Below are positions 28,557 to 37,740 of a stretch of DNA of 45,275 nt, in pieces. Each line of letters begins with the position of its first letter. Position 1 is the stretch's first letter. The stretch lies in assembly GCA_049795075.1 (NCBI GenBank), contig JBARDK010000076.1, positions 1-45,275 of the forward strand. Reading direction: 5' to 3'. The notes below the pieces were generated by a model that was given only the letters and a program-made list of their open reading frames with translations, was not told the DNA's origin and did not search any database. A program made the translations under genes and the position numbers. This stretch comes from Nitrosotalea sp. (lineage in GTDB: Archaea; Thermoproteota; Nitrososphaeria; Nitrososphaerales; Nitrosopumilaceae).

Positions 28557-29645
28557 TTGAAAATTCCCATAAATGTTCCAATAATAGAAAAGGAAGAAAT
28601 CAGTGAAGTACGAGCCGTCTTAGTAGAAAAATCATTAACATCTGCTGCAAATTCTGGAGGCAGGAGAGTTCAGGAATTTGAAGGACTATTATCATCATAC
28701 ACTGGATCAAGATATGCAGTAGCAGTAAATTCAGGAACTGCAGCACTGCAAGCAGCTCTTTATGCCCTTGGCATAAAAAGTGGCGACGAAGTCCTACTTC
28801 CATCATTTACTTTTGTAGCCACTGCAAACTCTGTCATGTCAGTTGGGGCAAAACCAGTGTTTGTTGACGTGGCCCCAGATAATTATACAATGGATCCTTA
28901 TGACCTGAAGAAAAAGATTACAAAAAAATCAAAGGCAATAATGCCTGTACATATGTACGGAAATTTTTCATACATGGATGAGATTTCTGAGATAGCAGAC
29001 AGGCACAATATCAATGTAGTTGAGGATGCTGCACAGTCATTAGGAACGACATACAAGAAGAAACAGTCCGGAACATTCTCACGACTAGGATGCTTTAGCA
29101 TGTATGCTGCAAAGGTAATGACATCTGGAGAAGGTGGAGCAATTGTTACAAACGACAAGGAGATCTTTGAAAAACTACGTAAAATAAGAAATCATGGAAT
29201 GTTACACGGATACGATACTAGAATTTTAGGGCTAAATCTCAGGCTTCCGGAAATATCTGCTGCCATAGCCAAGATTCAAATGAAAAAACTTCCCAAGTTT
29301 CTCAAAAAAAGAGAGAAGAATGCCAAAATTCTAACAGAACTTTTGGATGATCTGAATTTCATCTTGCCTGCAGAAAGGGCAGGTGTCAAAGTAAATTGGT
29401 ATCTTTATACCATTTCTACAAAGAATCGCGACAAGCTGGCAAAACAACTAAACGAAAAAGGAATCGGCGCAACTGCTTATTACTCAATTCCTGTACACAA
29501 AACTCCATTTTACAAAAGTAAAACAGAATTACCCATGACTGACTGGGCAGCCTCAACCGTTCTGAGCTTGCCCGTGCATCCTCTTGTTACAGAAGATGAT
29601 CTTCACTACATTTCAAAAACCATTCACCAATTGATTAAAAAATGA
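28557..29645 (+). CDS. DegT/DnrJ/EryC1/StrS PLP aminotransferase
   Basis: NSGTAAL, FTFVAT, EDAAQ, FS...K..TSGEGG, LSLP. Confidence 0.94.
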   Translation: MKIPINVPIIEKEEISEVRAVLVEKSLTSAANSGGRRVQEFEGLLSSYTGSRYAVAVNSGTAALQAALYALGIKSGDEVLLPSFTFVATANSVMSVGAKPVFVDVAPDNYTMDPYDLKKKITKKSKAIMPVHMYGNFSYMDEISEIADRHNINVVEDAAQSLGTTYKKKQSGTFSRLGCFSMYAAKVMTSGEGGAIVTNDKEIFEKLRKIRNHGMLHGYDTRILGLNLRLPEISAAIAKIQMKKLPKFLKKREKNAKILTELLDDLNFILPAERAGVKVNWYLYTISTKNRDKLAKQLNEKGIGATAYYSIPVHKTPFYKSKTELPMTDWAASTVLSLPVHPLVTEDDLHYISKTIHQLIKK

Positions 29646-30121
29646 ATCTAATAGAAGAGATGGTAGGGGAATTATGTAAAATTCTACTTCCAATTGAGGA
29701 TAGGGTTTACTTTGGTAATTCCGAATCTGGTATAGCAGTATGTACTTTGTCTAGCATGAAACTACTTGGCGAAATTGTAAACTCTATACTTATGGCCCAA
29801 GTCAACATTGCTGGAAGATTGCTTTCAGAAAACAAGGGAATTGATTTACTTGTTAGGCATGTAATATCAGATAGAAAAATTCGCACTATCGTTCTATGTG
29901 GCAAAGATACAGTAGGACACAGGCCGGGACACTCGTTACTTTGTTTATATCAAAATGGAATAGACTCAGACGGAAGAATAATTGGCTCTCAAAGTCCAGA
30001 TCCTATTTTGTCATTGACAAATGGAGAAGTGAAAAAATTTCAAAACCAAGTAAGAATTATTGATAAGATAGGGGAAACCGGCATCTCAAATCTCGGGCAA
30101 GAAATTAGCAGCAAAAACTGA
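29642..30121 (+). CDS. Soluble MtrA-like (tetrahydromethanopterin S-methyltransferase subunit A-like) protein
   Basis: AVCTLSS, G.L.SENKGI, IR..VLCG....GH.PG.SL..LY.NG, IIGS..P.P; no C-terminal TM. Confidence 0.82.
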   Translation: MNLIEEMVGELCKILLPIEDRVYFGNSESGIAVCTLSSMKLLGEIVNSILMAQVNIAGRLLSENKGIDLLVRHVISDRKIRTIVLCGKDTVGHRPGHSLLCLYQNGIDSDGRIIGSQSPDPILSLTNGEVKKFQNQVRIIDKIGETGISNLGQEISSKN

Positions 30122-30122
30122 T

Positions 30123-30455
30123 TCAATAACCGTCAAGCTGTCTTTGTTTATTGACCTGATGTTTCTTTTGATATTCCTTTAGTATATCCTCAGGAGTCAT
30201 GTTCAGTTCTAGTGACGCCTGTACCACAAAGTGCCAGATGTCGATAAGCTCCTCTCTAGCTGCTGCTTCGTCAAATTCTGCTGGTTTTTTCCACCATTTC
30301 CAATTAGTTGTTCGCTGTAGCTCTACTGCTTCATGAATTATGGCAGTACACAACGAAGAAATTTTTCCTTGTGTATCCTTTGGATAACGCTCTAGATTCA
30401 TCATATTTTCTAAATTCTTTTGCAGCGTAAAAATTGTATCAAGCTTGTCTTCCAT
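30123..30455 (-). CDS. All-alpha dimeric dUTPase-family protein
   Basis: EAVEL...WKWWK, EELIDIWHF, YQKK...N..RQ..GY. Confidence 0.88.
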   Translation of the reverse strand: MEDKLDTIFTLQKNLENMMNLERYPKDTQGKISSLCTAIIHEAVELQRTTNWKWWKKPAEFDEAAAREELIDIWHFVVQASLELNMTPEDILKEYQKKHQVNKQRQLDGY

Positions 30456-30583
30456 GGACTCTTTTTCTATTTGATATCTATAACCTTTGTCAGAAATGAC
30501 TCTTAGATCATAAGCCTAGAATGTATTTGAATTATAAGACATCTTTGCTCTTATATAGAAAAAGTCTGTTAGACTGTTAGGCC

Positions 30584-30943
30584 ATGGCTCGTGTAATGAT
30601 TGCAGAGGATTCTGCTGCTACTAGACTAGTTTTAAAAGATGCACTCAAAATAGGACATCATGAAATTGTCGCTGAAGCCATTGATGGAATAGAAACATTA
30701 GAAAAATTCAGCAAGACAAATCCAGACATATTATTATTAGATGTAGCAATGCCAAAAAAGGATGGAATGTCCGCACTCGAGGAGATAATCTCATCTAACC
30801 CTGATGCAAAAATTATCATGATAACCGCAGACGAAAACTTTTCTACGATTCATAAAAGTGCTAAAGCTGGTGTTCAGGCGTATATAATAAAACCATTTGA
30901 TTTTAAAGATGTATTAAATGCAATTACGATGGCACTTAATTAG
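30584..30943 (+). CDS. Single-domain response regulator receiver (CheY-like)
   Basis: AEDS, LLDVAMPKKDG, MITA, IKPF. Confidence 0.92.
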   Translation: MARVMIAEDSAATRLVLKDALKIGHHEIVAEAIDGIETLEKFSKTNPDILLLDVAMPKKDGMSALEEIISSNPDAKIIMITADENFSTIHKSAKAGVQAYIIKPFDFKDVLNAITMALN

Positions 30944-31050
30944 AATCAGAGTCATCTCCCGTAACTTACATAATTTTTCAAGTTAGAAAATCGACCTTGA
31001 CTTTACACTTGGTTCAAGGTCAAGAAATCTCACGCTAATTTACCAGTGTC

Positions 31051-31944
31051 TCAGAAATGAACCATCTTTCTATAATGCTTGAATCTATTCTGGATCTGTG
31101 ACTTTCTTAGTTTGGCCAAGCCTGCGATTCCGTATTTTTCAACGGCAAATGAACCCATTACGTTTCCATACACTGCAGCCTCTCTGATTGTTGACAACTT
31201 TGTGCTGTTTTTACTAGCCATGTATCCAATCATGCCTCCGGCAAAAGAATCTCCTGCTCCTGTTGGGTCTACAATATTTTCCAGGGAAAAGGCAGGTGAG
31301 GGAAAGACGACATCGTCATAAAACAGCAGGGATCCATGCTCTCCCTTCTTTATGATTACAAATCTTGTGCCCCATTCCATGATCTTTTTTGCCGCCTTGA
31401 TCAGGTTGTGGGTCTTTGTAAGCAACTTGGCCTCTTCGTCATTTATGACAACAGAATCGACTGCTCCCATCATCTTTATGACATCATTTCTTTTCGTTGA
31501 AATCCAGAAATCTATGGTATCACACATGGAAAACTTGACCCTGTCAAATTCCTTGATTATCTTTGTATTTTGGGCAGGATCGTTGTTTGCAAGGTAAACA
31601 AATTCTGATCTTCTGTATTCTTTGGGAACTATTGGCTTGAAATCCTTTAGTACGTTTAGCTCAGTCTTGTTAGTTGTCCTAGAACTTAATGTCAGGTCAT
31701 AGCTACCATCATATCGAAAAGTTCGCCCGTTTGCATGTACTACACCCTTGATATCTACGAACTTGTTCAAGATGCCTTGATATTTTTTTGGAAAATCATG
31801 ACCCACCACTGCAATAAGGCCGGGTTTCTGAAAAAAACTTGCAGATACTGCTGCATATGTGGCAGCGCCTCCTAGTGCATTTTTAATTACTCTGGAAGGA
31901 GTCCTAATGGTATCTATCGCAACAGATCCAAAAACCGTCAGCAT
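31051..31944 (-). CDS. PfkB-family carbohydrate/nucleoside kinase
   Basis: LGGAATY, INDEEA, KKGEHG, DPTGAGDSF. Confidence 0.93.
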   Translation of the reverse strand: MLTVFGSVAIDTIRTPSRVIKNALGGAATYAAVSASFFQKPGLIAVVGHDFPKKYQGILNKFVDIKGVVHANGRTFRYDGSYDLTLSSRTTNKTELNVLKDFKPIVPKEYRRSEFVYLANNDPAQNTKIIKEFDRVKFSMCDTIDFWISTKRNDVIKMMGAVDSVVINDEEAKLLTKTHNLIKAAKKIMEWGTRFVIIKKGEHGSLLFYDDVVFPSPAFSLENIVDPTGAGDSFAGGMIGYMASKNSTKLSTIREAAVYGNVMGSFAVEKYGIAGLAKLRKSQIQNRFKHYRKMVHF

Positions 31945-31956
31945 ACTTTGCTGGTT

Positions 31957-32427
31957 TTATGTACCGTCTATAAATGCTCTAGCTTCGTCCTGTGTCGGAT
32001 AGTATGTGAATGGAATGCTGACAGTTGTAAAGAAGACGTCATACTGACTTGTTCCTGTTAGTTTTAGATTAAGAACAGTGTTGGTATTGTTATACTTGTT
32101 TAATACCGTGGTGTCAGCAAGAAATGGAGTCTGAGCAACTGTTTTTCCCAATGCTGGAATCAGTGATGGCTGCAATACCCCGCTGCCAAGATTCTCTCCG
32201 TTAGCAGATACTACAAAATTGGTCTTTCCAACGTTTAGAAACAACAGTGAAGGGTTATTGAATTGGAGCTGAAGGTTATACAGCGTACCAGTATCATTTC
32301 TATCTACGACCTTGCTTTGAATGATGGAGACATGGAGATCAGACACTGATAGGTATTGGATATACCCGAATATGCCTACAGCTGCAACAATTATGCTTAT
32401 TACTATAATTTTGGTTCTTTTTTCCAT
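31957..32427 (-). CDS. LEA type-2/WHy-like membrane-anchored protein
   Basis: N-terminal TM; FNNPS motif and beta-sandwich pattern. Confidence 0.6.
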   Translation of the reverse strand: MEKRTKIIVISIIVAAVGIFGYIQYLSVSDLHVSIIQSKVVDRNDTGTLYNLQLQFNNPSLLFLNVGKTNFVVSANGENLGSGVLQPSLIPALGKTVAQTPFLADTTVLNKYNNTNTVLNLKLTGTSQYDVFFTTVSIPFTYYPTQDEARAFIDGT

Positions 32428-32564
32428 AGTGGTGAAATGATAAAATCCCTTTTTAGCACAAGTAGGAAAAAAATCCGAATAACTTGTGTAAACTTTTTGA
32501 TCTATTTTTAAAGCTACTTAGAGCTAACAGAATAAATCAAAATAGAGAGAGTGAATATTACAAA

Positions 32565-33038
32565 ATGGCCAGAATAAGAATCAGATATGGGCAAAATGAG
32601 ATTGAGATCGAGTCCAAGGATTTCTATATAGACAATCAAAGTGTGGATCAGGTAATAAACAACCTCTCAGTACATGTCAAAGATTACAGCTCAAGCACAC
32701 TTCAGTATGATTATTCATACGGCCAACATGCTCAAGGCGCCGAAGTACTAAACATGCTCGATGAGGCAGAGATTCACGAGCCAGAGTTTGTCAAGCCAAC
32801 CTTCCTTGATAAGAAGCAAATAAAGAGCAAGATTCGGACACTTGCTGAGGATGCGTTCTTTGACCAGCCACGAACAACCTCTGAGGTTGTTGCTCAATTA
32901 CATGAGTATGGATGGGCCGCGGTTCCACTTGATGTATCCAAAGTACTAACAGACATGGCCTTTGGCTATGAACTCCAAAAAGACCTACGAGAAAAACGCA
33001 ATTACTATTCCATTGCCAAGATGATAGAACTCAACTAG
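32565..33038 (+). CDS. Hypothetical protein with C-terminal winged helix
   Basis: ATG 32565 (MARIRIRYGQNEIEIE); FFDQPRTTSEVVAQL...VSKVL. Confidence 0.65.
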   Translation: MARIRIRYGQNEIEIESKDFYIDNQSVDQVINNLSVHVKDYSSSTLQYDYSYGQHAQGAEVLNMLDEAEIHEPEFVKPTFLDKKQIKSKIRTLAEDAFFDQPRTTSEVVAQLHEYGWAAVPLDVSKVLTDMAFGYELQKDLREKRNYYSIAKMIELN

Positions 33039-33216
33039 TTTTATAGCCACACTTGTTGCAGGAATCAAACACATCTCCTTCCAAGTGATCAAAATGAGCG
33101 TTACACTTTAGGCACGTGTGATGCATGTCAAAATAGCCGTCATTTTCAACTTTTCCAACGCGATTGGACTGCAACTCCATGCTTCCGCATTTTATACAAT
33201 GGCATCCGCATTGCAT
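33031..33216 (-). CDS. Small Cys/His-rich zinc-finger-like protein (61 aa)
   Basis: CGCHCIKC, HHTCLKC..HFDH, CNKC. Confidence 0.75.
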   Translation of the reverse strand: MQCGCHCIKCGSMELQSNRVGKVENDGYFDMHHTCLKCNAHFDHLEGDVFDSCNKCGYKTS

Positions 33217-33246
33217 GGAACCCGATGAATTTTTACTATTAATAAG

Positions 33247-34161
33247 CTAGTGGAAATTCAATTTATTTGAAAATCTTAGAGCAATGACTGCAGAAATTGC
33301 AATAGCTAATGGTACAAACATTGGAAACTCTGGGATTGCAGTTGTTCCTGTGATCTGTAGCGTCCCATTCCGGACAGGGTTCATTCCTATCCAAGCATAC
33401 GTACCATTGTCATTGAACAGATTAGTAAGAGTTTGATTCGTATTCATTGTTGCTTGGTATGGGCCCCACAAAAGCGCTTTGGGCATTATCACTGTGACAT
33501 AAGAATCTGGTCTGTCAATATTGAATGTATATGCTTTTGATGATTGATCAAAAACTGGAGGCCCTACGTTTGCCAGAGTTCTTATTCCAACATTGAACGT
33601 CTGGTTCTGCCACTGTACAGTTTGAACAGTTTCAGGTTCGTTGATAATGTATGCAAGGGTCATGCCATTTCCAATTTGTCTGAGGCCAGCCTTGTCACCA
33701 AGATAAACTGGTCTGTCTTGGGACCAAATCGTATCTACTCCTTTAGGAAAATAAAAATCAGTAAAGACAGCATCGCTTGGAGCATAGTAAGCCCACGTCC
33801 ATACTCCGTTATTGTTAGTTACTACGTTAGGTATGTCATACTTGATCAACGTTACATTTCTTTGAGTAGGCAACAATAGAATAGATATTGGATTTTGGCT
33901 AATTGTGGAATATTGTACAGAATTGTTGAATTGATCAGTAACTGAAAAGTTGGTAAGATTACCAGAAATCATCTCAACATTAACTGCACCGGTAGCATTT
34001 CCTTGCACTTCGTGAACTACATGAGCTGTTCCATTTTCATCAATTGCTACCTTGATATCTTCATTGGGGGGACCTCCCATCGATATCTGGCCAAATGCTG
34101 CTGTGGTTGAGAAAATTGTTACGGCTATCACACAAGCAATGAGGAGTTTTAACATAGGCAT
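33247..34161 (-). CDS. Surface protein with PEF-CTERM-type sorting signal
   Basis: Signal peptide, many N-x-S/T sequons, C-terminal IPEF + TM + basic residues. Confidence 0.8.
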   Translation of the reverse strand: MPMLKLLIACVIAVTIFSTTAAFGQISMGGPPNEDIKVAIDENGTAHVVHEVQGNATGAVNVEMISGNLTNFSVTDQFNNSVQYSTISQNPISILLLPTQRNVTLIKYDIPNVVTNNNGVWTWAYYAPSDAVFTDFYFPKGVDTIWSQDRPVYLGDKAGLRQIGNGMTLAYIINEPETVQTVQWQNQTFNVGIRTLANVGPPVFDQSSKAYTFNIDRPDSYVTVIMPKALLWGPYQATMNTNQTLTNLFNDNGTYAWIGMNPVRNGTLQITGTTAIPEFPMFVPLAIAISAVIALRFSNKLNFH

Positions 34162-34162
34162 T

Positions 34163-34642
34163 CTACTCTGATATAGTTACGCGTAGAATCTTGGCTTCTT
34201 GATTGGGGCAATCATTTTTGTCTCTTGGAAGATTTACTATCTTGTCAGCAACATCCATTCCCTTCACTACCTCTGCAAACGCAGTGTATTGCTTATCAAG
34301 AAACGTACTATCGGTAGTAACTATGAAGAACTGTGAACCTGCGCTGTTTGGGTCGGTTGCTCTTGCCATTGAGACTACTCCTCTCAGGTGTGATTTTGAA
34401 TTGAATTCTGCCTTTATTGTGTGGCCAGGTCCGCCCAAGCCCCATTTGCTTTTGTTTGGCGTTTTGGTATTGGGGTCACCGCCCTGAATCATAAACCCAG
34501 GTATTACTCTGTGGAATAAAGTCCCGTCATAAAAATTACTTTTTGCAAGTGTGGTAAAATTTCGTACCGTTTCAGGCGCGATATTTGGCGATAATTCAAA
34601 TATAATGTTTCCAAAATTAGTCTCTAAAGTTGCCCTTGCCAC
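34163..34642 (-). CDS. Cyclophilin-type peptidyl-prolyl isomerase
   Basis: FHRVIPGFMIQGGDP, SMAR, SAGSQFFI. Confidence 0.95.
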   Translation of the reverse strand: MARATLETNFGNIIFELSPNIAPETVRNFTTLAKSNFYDGTLFHRVIPGFMIQGGDPNTKTPNKSKWGLGGPGHTIKAEFNSKSHLRGVVSMARATDPNSAGSQFFIVTTDSTFLDKQYTAFAEVVKGMDVADKIVNLPRDKNDCPNQEAKILRVTISE

Positions 34643-34920
34643 CTTTCACAACCCATCATTTTATCATAATAACCTTTCTACACAATTTTACTTTTTCAGT
34701 GGGTCCCTTTGATTATTCTATTGTAATCCATCAAGTACGATAAAAACATTTTAGCTTGAATAAAATTAATTGGCAAAAACTCTGGAAAATTTTGAAAATT
34801 ATGATACAAACATAAGATCGCGGGCTTTGTCAAAATGTAAAACCGAATTTTTGTAGGTGCGATGTTATTTACCAAAAATATAGTAACAGTCTTATATAGA
34901 AGATCTGAAAAATAAAAAAC

Positions 34921-35163
34921 GTGAATCGTACTACCCAAAGCACAAATATCAAGCAAGCAATTAACAGCCTGCTTGACAAAGGTCTTACAGATAAACAAGA
35001 TATCTACACAAAAGTTGTAGAAGAACTTGGAGTTCCAAGACCAACAGTAAGGCGGGTTGCAAGAGATCTTAGAAACGAACTTTTACAGAAAATTAAGATT
35101 TTGCAGTCTGAGGTTCCAGAATTAGAGGTCAATTCTAAGTCTACTGCTGAAAGCAGTGACTAG
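34921..35163 (+). CDS. Small HTH-like hypothetical protein
   Basis: IYTKVVEELGVPRPTVRRVARDL helix-turn-helix pattern. Confidence 0.7.
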   Translation: MNRTTQSTNIKQAINSLLDKGLTDKQDIYTKVVEELGVPRPTVRRVARDLRNELLQKIKILQSEVPELEVNSKSTAESSD

Positions 35164-35245
35164 TAAATCCCTCTATTTTTATAAACACATTTTCTAATTT
35201 GGAAATTTCCATTACTGTTATATTCTGCTACTTGAAGATAAATTC

Positions 35246-35707
35246 ATGGGAAACATACCCACCGTTGTAACATCTTGTCTCGCAGTGGCGCTGACCATAG
35301 TGTATTTCATAGTTTCAGATCAAGGCAAATTTACTTTCATAATATTATCTGCAGCTGCCTGGTTTCTAGTTATCATATGTTGGCTTGCCGACAAGAGTGA
35401 AAAGTACATGCACAATCCTGGTGGGGGTTATGGCAAGTCTCATGATGAAAAAAAAAAGCTAGCCACTAATTCTAGTCAGCAACAACAGACTGTTCAGATA
35501 AGTTCTAGTGAATTAAGCCACGCCAAAGCAGAACTTAGCGCTGATTTGGAAGAACTGCAAAGCTCACTGAAGAACAAAGATACAGAGATTGAAAACCTAA
35601 AGGCTGAGATTGCAAGCCTTCACACTCTAGTTGAGATAGAGAAACTGAGGACAGACTTGGCAAATCTCAAAGCGCTTGCAGCAAAAGAAAAGGCCAAGAA
35701 GAAATAG
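35246..35707 (+). CDS. Hypothetical protein, 2 TM + C-terminal coiled coil
   Basis: Two N-terminal hydrophobic helices, heptad-rich C-terminus. Confidence 0.7.
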   Translation: MGNIPTVVTSCLAVALTIVYFIVSDQGKFTFIILSAAAWFLVIICWLADKSEKYMHNPGGGYGKSHDEKKKLATNSSQQQQTVQISSSELSHAKAELSADLEELQSSLKNKDTEIENLKAEIASLHTLVEIEKLRTDLANLKALAAKEKAKKK

Positions 35708-35708
35708 A

Positions 35709-35846
35709 CTATTTGCAATGGGGGCATTCATGCTTTCCGTGATTTTCTTTACAAGAAGGACAACTAATGGCCCCTCCATAGTGGCAGTCACACCTGCAAC
35801 CGTCATTTAGTTTTCCTTCTGTTATCAACTGATTAATGAGAATCAT
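35709..35846 (-). CDS. Cys/His-rich micro-protein (45 aa; 39 aa from TTG 35828)
   Basis: MILINQLITEGKLNDGCRCDCHYGGAISCPSCKENHGKHECPHCK; 7 Cys, 4 His; stop 1 nt from the convergent gene's stop. Confidence 0.65.
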   Translation of the reverse strand: MILINQLITEGKLNDGCRCDCHYGGAISCPSCKENHGKHECPHCK

Positions 35847-35884
35847 GCGCCATCTTAATATTTAACGATGTAAAATTACGAAAT

Positions 35885-36304
35885 GTGAGGTATATCATAA
35901 CCGCAATACTGGCAATGGCCGTACTTTTAGTTTCAGGCTTTGCATTTCCCGCTTCACAGGCAATGGCACCAACACAAAACTATGTACCTGAAAGTAGTGT
36001 TGTAATGCAAAAATCTGTAATCAACATGAACATTCCATCTGATCCAAAACTGCCATATGGTTGTGTCTGGGGAACGGTACAAAACGCTGCACCAGGTTAT
36101 CCAGTTGATATTGAAATTTATAAAAATGACAAACCAGTTTATTTTGCACAAGTCAATGTAACTTCCGACGGCTCATATCAGAAATATTTCAGAGTCATGA
36201 ATGTTGATAATACAGGACATGTAACCAACATTTTTGAGGGAGATTACACCGTTGAAATTTTCAAGTACGTTGTAAACTCTACATCTAGCGCTACTTCTAC
36301 CTAG
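35885..36304 (+). CDS. Secreted hypothetical protein
   Basis: Signal peptide; beta-rich body. Confidence 0.7.
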   Translation: MRYIITAILAMAVLLVSGFAFPASQAMAPTQNYVPESSVVMQKSVINMNIPSDPKLPYGCVWGTVQNAAPGYPVDIEIYKNDKPVYFAQVNVTSDGSYQKYFRVMNVDNTGHVTNIFEGDYTVEIFKYVVNSTSSATST

Positions 36305-36323
36305 AATTTTAGGTTAGAAAAGG

Positions 36324-36417
36324 CGGGCTCGGAGGGCTTCGATCCCTCGGCCTGTAACTTAGGAGGCTACCGCGCTATCCAAGTTTCGCGTCATTAAAGA
36401 CTCTGCGCCACGAGCCC
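36324..36417 (-). tRNA. tRNA-Arg(CCT) with a 19-nt non-canonical intron in the D-loop (36384-36402)
   Basis: Acceptor GGGCTCG/CGAGCCC; D-stem GCGC/GCGC; anticodon arm GTAGC-CTCCTAA-GTTAC; T-arm GAGGG-ATCGAAG-CCCTC; 75 nt after removing AGTCTTTAATGACGCGAAA; CCA not encoded. Confidence 0.9.
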
Positions 36418-36442
36418 TACGCAAATCAAACTTGGTAACAAT

Positions 36443-37153
36443 TTAAGCGTAATCGAGATTTGAAATTATCATCTCTTGAATTTGCTGCCAATTTGGATCA
36501 TTGACATTGTTCCATCGCTCATAGTATATGACATCTTTCAAAGCAAGTCTGTCAAGCCAACCTGCCTTTTCCAGGTCTGGTTTTTCAGCAAAGCCTGTAA
36601 CATGCCCAAGACACAGATATGCAACAGGAATAACATGTTCAGGAATATCAAGAATTTTTTTGAGATCATCGTTTGAAAGTATACTGACCCATCCAACCCC
36701 TATGTCTTCGGCCCTTGCTGCAAGCCAGAGGTTTTGTATTGCACAACAAACACTATAGATCCCAGTCTCAGGTATGCTGGACCTTCCTATCACAAAAGGC
36801 CCAAACTTGGAAGGGTCATAAGTAACACAGACATTTAGTGCAGAATCCAAGATTCCTTCAAGCCTCAATGAAAGATATTTTGATCTCTTGGGATCTTCTA
36901 TTAGATTAGAGGAGCGCATTCTTTCTTTGTCAAAAGAGTCTTTTACCTTTCTTCTTGATTCTTTATCTTTGATTAGAATAAAGTTCCATGGCTGTGAAAA
37001 ACCCACTGAAGGCGCATGATGAGCTGCATTGAGTATTCTTGACAAGGCCTTTTCATCTATTGGCTCAGAAGTAAAATGAGACCTTACATCTCGTCTTGAA
37101 AAGACTGCTTTGTAAAAGCCATCTTTTTCTTCTGGTGAAAAATCACCATTCAT
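36443..37153 (-). CDS. bluB: 5,6-dimethylbenzimidazole synthase
   Basis: RRDVR, APSVGFSQPW, LRLEGI, CAIQNLWLAARAE.IGVGWVS. Confidence 0.93.
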   Translation of the reverse strand: MNGDFSPEEKDGFYKAVFSRRDVRSHFTSEPIDEKALSRILNAAHHAPSVGFSQPWNFILIKDKESRRKVKDSFDKERMRSSNLIEDPKRSKYLSLRLEGILDSALNVCVTYDPSKFGPFVIGRSSIPETGIYSVCCAIQNLWLAARAEDIGVGWVSILSNDDLKKILDIPEHVIPVAYLCLGHVTGFAEKPDLEKAGWLDRLALKDVIYYERWNNVNDPNWQQIQEMIISNLDYA

Positions 37154-37234
37154 ACGGTATCCATCCAGAGCGTTCGCATATTACTCTTGTTTTTTAAAAC
37201 GTTAATAACATGCGCAATGAGGTCGTATTTCATT

Positions 37235-37308
37235 GGGTCGATGGTCTAGCCTGGTAGGATACCCCCCTGACACGGGGGTGGTCGAGAGTTCAAATCTCTC
37301 TCGACCCA
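37235..37308 (+). tRNA. tRNA-Val(GAC)
   Basis: GGGTCGA/TCGACCC acceptor; CCCCC-CTGACAC-GGGGG anticodon arm; GAGAG-TTCAAAT-CTCTC T-arm; 74 nt. Confidence 0.96.
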
Positions 37309-37323
37309 TTTCTTTTTATTTTA

Positions 37324-37740
37324 ATGTACATGTACGGGGTTATGGTAAAATTTACTCCAAAAGAGATCAAGTTTCTAAAGGAAAGTGAAGGATGCCGAGT
37401 TGCAACAAGCCTGGATGACCATCCGCACATAGCTCCTATAACATGCTATTTTGAGGACGGATATTTTTATTTTGCAACTGACTATGATACAAAAAAGTAT
37501 TCAAATCTAAAAAAGAATCACAAGATTGCAATATCTGTAGACATTTACAATCCTGGAAAACATAAGGGAGTAGTCGTACAGGGCTTGGTAACCTTCATTG
37601 AGAAGGGAAGCGAGTTCAAGCGATTGTATGACATATTTTACAAAAACTTTGCATGGGTAAGGGCCATGCCGTGGAAAGAAGGCGAAGCTCCTTTTGTGAA
37701 AATTGTTCCTAAAAAGAAAGTAAGCTGGGGTATTGGCTAG
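37324..37740 (+). CDS. Pyridoxamine 5'-phosphate oxidase-like flavin-binding split-barrel protein
   Basis: RVAT....PHIAP, FYFAT...TKK..NL..N. Confidence 0.82.
   Translation: MYMYGVMVKFTPKEIKFLKESEGCRVATSLDDHPHIAPITCYFEDGYFYFATDYDTKKYSNLKKNHKIAISVDIYNPGKHKGVVVQGLVTFIEKGSEFKRLYDIFYKNFAWVRAMPWKEGEAPFVKIVPKKKVSWGIG

Noticed and set aside
29642..30121. Evidence of methanogenesis from mtrA
   Set aside because: Single soluble homolog without other mtr or mcr genes in an otherwise thaumarchaeal context
34696..34998. 100-aa minus-strand ORF
   Set aside because: AT-rich intergenic sequence overlapping the more plausible HTH gene on the other strand
34643..36323. Integrated element at the 3' end of tRNA-Arg
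   Set aside because: Only hypothetical genes; no integrase and no duplicated tRNA 3' end found
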